A stretch of DNA of 64,000 bases from NCBI GenBank assembly GCA_033763455.1, contig JANRKO010000006.1:512001-576000 (forward strand). Reading direction: 5' to 3'. Under the pieces are notes generated by a model that had not been told where the DNA came from, made no database searches, and saw only the letters and a program-made list of their open reading frames with translations. The position numbers and the translations under genes are program-made. This DNA comes from Polyangiaceae bacterium. Its GTDB lineage: Bacteria > Myxococcota_A > Polyangia > Polyangiales > Polyangiaceae. This document shows, in pieces, positions 59,563 through 64,000 of the stretch. Within the stretch, counting starts at the first letter, position 1. Each line of letters opens with the position of its first letter.

Positions 59563-62255
59563 ATGCTTATGATCGAGAATGGCAAGCTGTTGCCGTTCAG
59601 GTCGACGTAAACGTCGAACAGGGGCTCTCGCCTGAAGTTGCGGCTAGGCGTCTAGCCGAAGGTGGCCCGAATCTGCTCCCTCAGAAGAAGGCGCGCGGCT
59701 TTTGGAGCCGCCTGGTCGATCAGTTCCGTGATGCCACGGTGTTGGCGCTTTTGGCTGCGGCCGCCGTGGCGTTTGTTCTTGCCCTGCTCGACACCCAAGC
59801 ACAAGGCTGGGTGGAACGCTTTGGCGATGCCTTGGCGATAGTGGCGATCGTGGCATTAAACGCGGTTTTGGGCCTATGGCAGGAGCGAAAAGCGGAGACT
59901 GCCCTCTCGGCGCTTCAGAGCATGACGGCGCCTACGGCCAGGGTACTTCGAGGTGGAAGGGACCTCGTGTTACCCGCGTTAGAGGTGGTGGTCGGGGATG
60001 TTTTACTGTTGCGAACCGGCGCGCGCGTGGTGGCCGATGCTCGGCTGATAGAAGCAGCAGATCTGCAGATCACCGAGGCTTCGCTTACGGGGGAGTCGCT
60101 GCCTGTCGGTAAATTATCGAGCCAAGTGTTGCCCAGCGAAACGCCGCTCGCAGAACGCGCGAATATGGTCTTTAGCGGAACCCATGTGGTGAGTGGGAAT
60201 GCTCGCGCGCTGGTGGTGGCAACCGGGGCGCGAAGTGAGCTGGGCAAGATCGCCACTTTGCTCGGCAACGTTGAGGACTCGCAGACGCCATTGCAGCAGC
60301 AGCTTCAGCGATTTGGTACCCGCGTAGTGATAGGTTGTGTTGTTGTAGGGCTATTCGTCTTTGGCGTGGGGCTCCTGAAATACCAAGAATCACCTACATT
60401 CCTGTTTCTTACCGCCGTAAGCTTGGCGGTTGCCGCGATCCCCGAAGGCCTTCCCGCAATCACCACGATTGTGCTCGCCTTGGGCGTGCAAGCCATGGCC
60501 AAGCGCCATGCCCTGATTCGCCGCCTGAGTGCAGTCGAGGCGCTCGGCGCCGCTGATATCATCTGCACCGATAAAACCGGCACGATTACGCAAAACCGCA
60601 TGGAGGTCCGGCGGGTGTGGGTGCACGCCTGTGGCTCCGCGGATCTGGACGCCTCCCCGGCAACAGAGAAGTTAGGCGACTGGGCGCAGGCCGCCAAGCT
60701 TATTGCCGCATGCCAGTTCGTGGCGGAAGTGGGTACTAGCGAAGCGGGGAACGCTGTGGTGAGCAACCCAACGGATGCAGCACTCCACCGTCTGTTTTTG
60801 GAAAACAGAGCTCAATTGGAGCTCACTCCCACGGAGCGAGTTCGTGATTTTCCGTTCGACGGTGCGCGGAAGCTCGCCTCTCAGATCGTTCGCGAGAACG
60901 GAACCTTTGGTTTGTATTGTCACGGTGCGGCAGAACGCGTGGTCGAACGTGCAACGCATATCCTTGGGGAGAACGGGGCACTTGTTCCGTTGTCACCTAC
61001 GCTCTTGGCTCTCATTGATGAACGCACAGCTCTTTGGGCTGCGGAGGGGTTACGCGTGCTCGGCATCGGCTATCGTGAGCTTCCGGCAGATGTCGCTGAG
61101 CGGAGCACACTTCAGGCGAGCGATTTAGAGCAAGAGTTCGTTCTTTTGGGTCTGGTGGCGCTAGCCGATCCACCCAGGCCCGAGGCAAAAAATGCAGTTG
61201 CCACGGCTAAAATGGCGGGGCTCAGGATAATCATGATCACGGGTGACCATCCGCTCACCGCGCTCGCCATTGCCCGGGAAGTGGGGATAGCGGAGGCCGG
61301 GGACCAGGCGGTTACGGGTTCGGAAATTGAAAGCTGGTCAGACGCGATTCTTGTCCAGAAGCTAGATCAATTGTGTGTGGTTGCGCGAGCGACTGCTGGA
61401 ACGAAGCTGCGCCTAGTTCAAGCGTTGGGCGGCGCGGGCCACGTGGTGGCCATGACGGGTGACGGTGTGAACGACGCCCCCGCCATTAAGGCTGCCGGCA
61501 TTGGCATCGCGATGGGGCAAGGTGGTACCGATGTGGCGCGTGAGGCGGCGGACATGGTGCTCTCCGACGATAACTTTGCCACCATCATCCACGCGATCGA
61601 AGAAGGGCGGGTTATCTACGCCAATATCCAGCGCTTCATAGAGTTTCTGTTTGCCGCTAATGTGGGCTTGGTGTTTGCGGTTTTGGGAGCCGAAATTTTG
61701 GGTTGGCCACCTCTGCTCACACCCACGCAGATCCTTTGGATCAACTTGATCACTAATGGTTTGCCTGCACTTGCTCTTGGCATGGAGCCCGTTCATGGGG
61801 ACCCGATGAAGCAGCAACCTCGGGCGAAAAACGCGTCCATCCTAGAGCGCGTGGCACTCATTTCCGTGTTGGCATACGGAGCACTCATGGGCTTGCTGGG
61901 CCTTTTGGCGTTTGGCTACTACCACGATGCCCAGCTTGGCAACGTTGCCGAAGCCCGCACGGTGGCGTTCACGATCCTGGCGTTGTCGCCTCTATTTCAT
62001 GCCCTTACGGTTCGTTCGCGGTGGGTCTCCACATTTGCGCTAGGGTTTTTGTCCAACTGGCGGCTGATGGGAGCGTTTGTTGCCGCCGCGGTGCTCCAGG
62101 CCATCGCTGTCTACGTGCCGTGGATGGGAGCTGTGTTCGATACTGCGCCTCTCAGCCAACAGGATGTCGCCGTGTGTCTGCTCCTTGGGCTGAGCGTGTG
62201 GGTGGTAGGCGAAGGAGTGAAGTTGTGGGGGCGAATGCTGCGGCGGGCCTCATGA
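59559..62255 (+). CDS. Cation-transporting P-type ATPase (P2A-like)
   Basis: TGES, PEGL, DKTGT, MITGD, GDGVND, QILWINL. Confidence 0.93.
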   Translation: MNAYDREWQAVAVQVDVNVEQGLSPEVAARRLAEGGPNLLPQKKARGFWSRLVDQFRDATVLALLAAAAVAFVLALLDTQAQGWVERFGDALAIVAIVALNAVLGLWQERKAETALSALQSMTAPTARVLRGGRDLVLPALEVVVGDVLLLRTGARVVADARLIEAADLQITEASLTGESLPVGKLSSQVLPSETPLAERANMVFSGTHVVSGNARALVVATGARSELGKIATLLGNVEDSQTPLQQQLQRFGTRVVIGCVVVGLFVFGVGLLKYQESPTFLFLTAVSLAVAAIPEGLPAITTIVLALGVQAMAKRHALIRRLSAVEALGAADIICTDKTGTITQNRMEVRRVWVHACGSADLDASPATEKLGDWAQAAKLIAACQFVAEVGTSEAGNAVVSNPTDAALHRLFLENRAQLELTPTERVRDFPFDGARKLASQIVRENGTFGLYCHGAAERVVERATHILGENGALVPLSPTLLALIDERTALWAAEGLRVLGIGYRELPADVAERSTLQASDLEQEFVLLGLVALADPPRPEAKNAVATAKMAGLRIIMITGDHPLTALAIAREVGIAEAGDQAVTGSEIESWSDAILVQKLDQLCVVARATAGTKLRLVQALGGAGHVVAMTGDGVNDAPAIKAAGIGIAMGQGGTDVAREAADMVLSDDNFATIIHAIEEGRVIYANIQRFIEFLFAANVGLVFAVLGAEILGWPPLLTPTQILWINLITNGLPALALGMEPVHGDPMKQQPRAKNASILERVALISVLAYGALMGLLGLLAFGYYHDAQLGNVAEARTVAFTILALSPLFHALTVRSRWVSTFALGFLSNWRLMGAFVAAAVLQAIAVYVPWMGAVFDTAPLSQQDVAVCLLLGLSVWVVGEGVKLWGRMLRRAS

Positions 62256-62319
62256 AGTTGCTGCGAACGTGGGGGCGAATACTGAGGTGGGCCCCATGAA
62301 GTTGCTGCGAACGTGGGGG
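62225..62319 (+). repeat. 44-bp tandem duplication of a gene junction
   Basis: CATGAAGTTGCTGCGAACGTGGGGG at 62251 and 62295; GTGGGGGCGAAT at 62225 and 62269. Confidence 0.9.
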
Positions 62320-63396
62320 TTACTGGGTGGGCTCCTGGCGTGGGTTTGGGGCTGTCAGAATTCCCCGAGCGCTGTGATTCAGGTGGAGCCGGCCAATCTT
62401 CCAAGTAGTACTTCGTCGATGGTCGAGGCGAACGCACCGCCTGAATCTCTGCGCGAAATTTGGCAGTCGCCTCAGGCTTGTCAGAGCTACTTCAAAACCC
62501 GCCCCGTACGCGATCCGGTGCCGCGCATCGCAACTTGGAATTTGCGCTGGTTCCCAGATGGTACGCCCGAGGCGAAGCCTTCTGGGGGAACGGACTTGAA
62601 CTGGTTGGCCTGCGTCCTTTCAAGCCTTGAATTGGATGTTGTAGCGGTTCAGGAAGTAAAGCGTACGGCGTTGGCGCAGCAAGCTATGACGCAACTCCTC
62701 GGTGCCTTGAAGCAACTCTCGGGTGCAACGTACGCGCTGGAGCTAGATCGTTGCCCGCTGGATGACGACGCGCACGTGGGGTTTCTCTACAACACGGCTC
62801 GCGTATCGATTGCCAAGTTGCAGGATTATCCTTCGCTGAATCCTTACGGTGTTTCGTGCGAAGGGCGCCTGCGCACCGGCTTTGGGGGTTACGTCAAGAT
62901 CGCGGGAGGGCCTGATTTGAGCCTTCTTAGCGTACATTTAAAGAGCGGCCCAGATCAGCGGAGCTACACGCTGCGGCGGCGTTCCTTGGCGGGCATGAAG
63001 GACGTTTTTGCGAACGCTAACGCCGCCCAACCTGATGGGGACGTGTTGGTGCTGGGGGATTTCAATACCATGGGCTGTGAGGATTGCGCGCCGCTCATCA
63101 CTGGGGCTGACGAACGGGAAGTGCTAGCCGGCGAACTCGGTGCGTTGGTGCCGCGCTTTCACAGGCTTCCGACCGATCTTTCGTGCAGTGAATATTATGC
63201 CAACGGCCCAAGCTTGTTAGATCATATCGTGGCAGCTGAGCCATTTGAAGAATTTCCAAAGGATGGCAGGGCGACCGTGTCGGGGTATTGTGCGGAAGCA
63301 AAATGCGCTGCGTTTTCAACACCCCCCGCGGCTTACACGGCGCTCAGTGATCATTGCCCCATAGTGATGGAGTTGGCGGCCGAGGATCGCGATTAG
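62296..63396 (+). CDS. Endonuclease/exonuclease/phosphatase family lipoprotein
   Basis: TWNL, VQEV, HLKSG, GDFN, LDHI, SDHCP; VWG|C lipobox-like signal. Confidence 0.88.
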   Translation: MKLLRTWGLLGGLLAWVWGCQNSPSAVIQVEPANLPSSTSSMVEANAPPESLREIWQSPQACQSYFKTRPVRDPVPRIATWNLRWFPDGTPEAKPSGGTDLNWLACVLSSLELDVVAVQEVKRTALAQQAMTQLLGALKQLSGATYALELDRCPLDDDAHVGFLYNTARVSIAKLQDYPSLNPYGVSCEGRLRTGFGGYVKIAGGPDLSLLSVHLKSGPDQRSYTLRRRSLAGMKDVFANANAAQPDGDVLVLGDFNTMGCEDCAPLITGADEREVLAGELGALVPRFHRLPTDLSCSEYYANGPSLLDHIVAAEPFEEFPKDGRATVSGYCAEAKCAAFSTPPAAYTALSDHCPIVMELAAEDRD

Positions 63397-63460
63397 CCCC
63401 GCCCTGGCGCTTGCCACAGGCATTGTGGAGCTTCTACGCTTGCGGGCAGAGGCCTTGCGC

Positions 63461-63874
63461 ATGAAATATTGGTTGGCGAAAAGTGAACCCGATGTTTATT
63501 CCTGGGACACGCTAGTGCGAGACAAAAAGGGCACCTGGGATGGCGTACGCAATTTTTCTGCGAGGAATAACCTGCGAGCGATGTCCCGTGGGGACCTCGT
63601 TTTGTTCTATCACTCCAACATCGGCAAAGAGGTCGTGGGCGTCGCGAAGGTAACTAGGGAGCATTACCCGGACCAAACCGCGACCACGGGTGATTGGTCG
63701 GTGGTGGACGTGGCTCCCGTGAAGGCACTGAACAAGCCCGTCACGCTCGCTCAAATCAAAGCAGACCCAAAGTTCCAGGACATGCTCTTGGTGTCGCGTT
63801 CGCGCCTGAGCGTGATGCCGGTCTCAGAAGAACACTTCCTACGGGTGTTGAGCCTCGGAGAAACGAAACTGTAA
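63461..63874 (+). CDS. EVE domain protein
   Basis: YWLAKSEP, WDGVRN..ARN, FYHS, YPD, SRLSV. Confidence 0.93.
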   Translation: MKYWLAKSEPDVYSWDTLVRDKKGTWDGVRNFSARNNLRAMSRGDLVLFYHSNIGKEVVGVAKVTREHYPDQTATTGDWSVVDVAPVKALNKPVTLAQIKADPKFQDMLLVSRSRLSVMPVSEEHFLRVLSLGETKL

Positions 63875-63900
63875 GTTTACGCTTGAACTTTTTTTGTTTT
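63873..63900 (+). terminator. Possible intrinsic terminator after the EVE gene
   Basis: AAGTTTA-cgct-TGAACTT followed by a T run; weak stem, overlapping the convergent gene end. Confidence 0.35.
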
Positions 63901-64000
63901 CTTAGCTGGCGTGGCGCTCGTGGGTTCTTCATCACGGCTCTCACCGAGGTCAATGAGCGTACTCAGCGCCTCAATTTCCCGCTTAGTCTGGATCTCACGC
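63877..64000 (-). CDS. 3' end of a gene running off the window, product unknown
   Basis: Open minus frame REIQTKREIEALSTLIDLGESRDEEPTSATPAKKTKKVQA*. Confidence 0.55.
   Translation of the reverse strand, partial: REIQTKREIEALSTLIDLGESRDEEPTSATPAKKTKKVQA

Noticed and set aside
62296..63874. EEP nuclease plus EVE as a modification-dependent restriction system
   Set aside because: The nuclease has a lipoprotein-type signal while EVE is cytoplasmic, and standalone EVE genes are common; no evidence of partnership

Overview
GC-rich chromosomal window from a probable myxobacterium (Myxococcota, Polyangiales-like), inferred from the FHA-sigma54 activator, FHA-CpaF protein, MopE/Cys-rich lipoproteins and small conserved-looking hypotheticals. 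Core genes: def, a yceD-rpmF-fabD-fabG-acpP-fabF-nrdR-ribD operon, nfuA, glgX, ftsH and an OmpR-type two-component system. Accessory genes: a VapBC toxin-antitoxin pair, a LuxR pair with a Bor lipoprotein and FAD oxidase, a decayed block (lnt fragment and two frameshifted exported-protein genes) next to an AAA-DUF4143 gene, sugar-catabolism enzymes and many lipoproteins. I saw no tRNA, rRNA, CRISPR array, transposase or integrase. The most unusual signals are: two unrelated intergenic tandem-repeat arrays 28 kb apart sharing a TACTT-N8-AAGTA palindrome; three proteins with altered key motifs (CpaF-like pseudo-ATPase, NtrC-type regulator lacking GAFTGA next to tandem palindromes, P2A-type ATPase with substituted ion-site residues); a 44-bp gene-junction duplication creating a coupled mini-ORF; a perfect 7-1-7 box before the Fur-family gene; and frequent TAnnnT hexamers 6-10 nt upstream of start codons. 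All family calls come from recognising motifs by eye, not from database searches. No complete novel system is proven.
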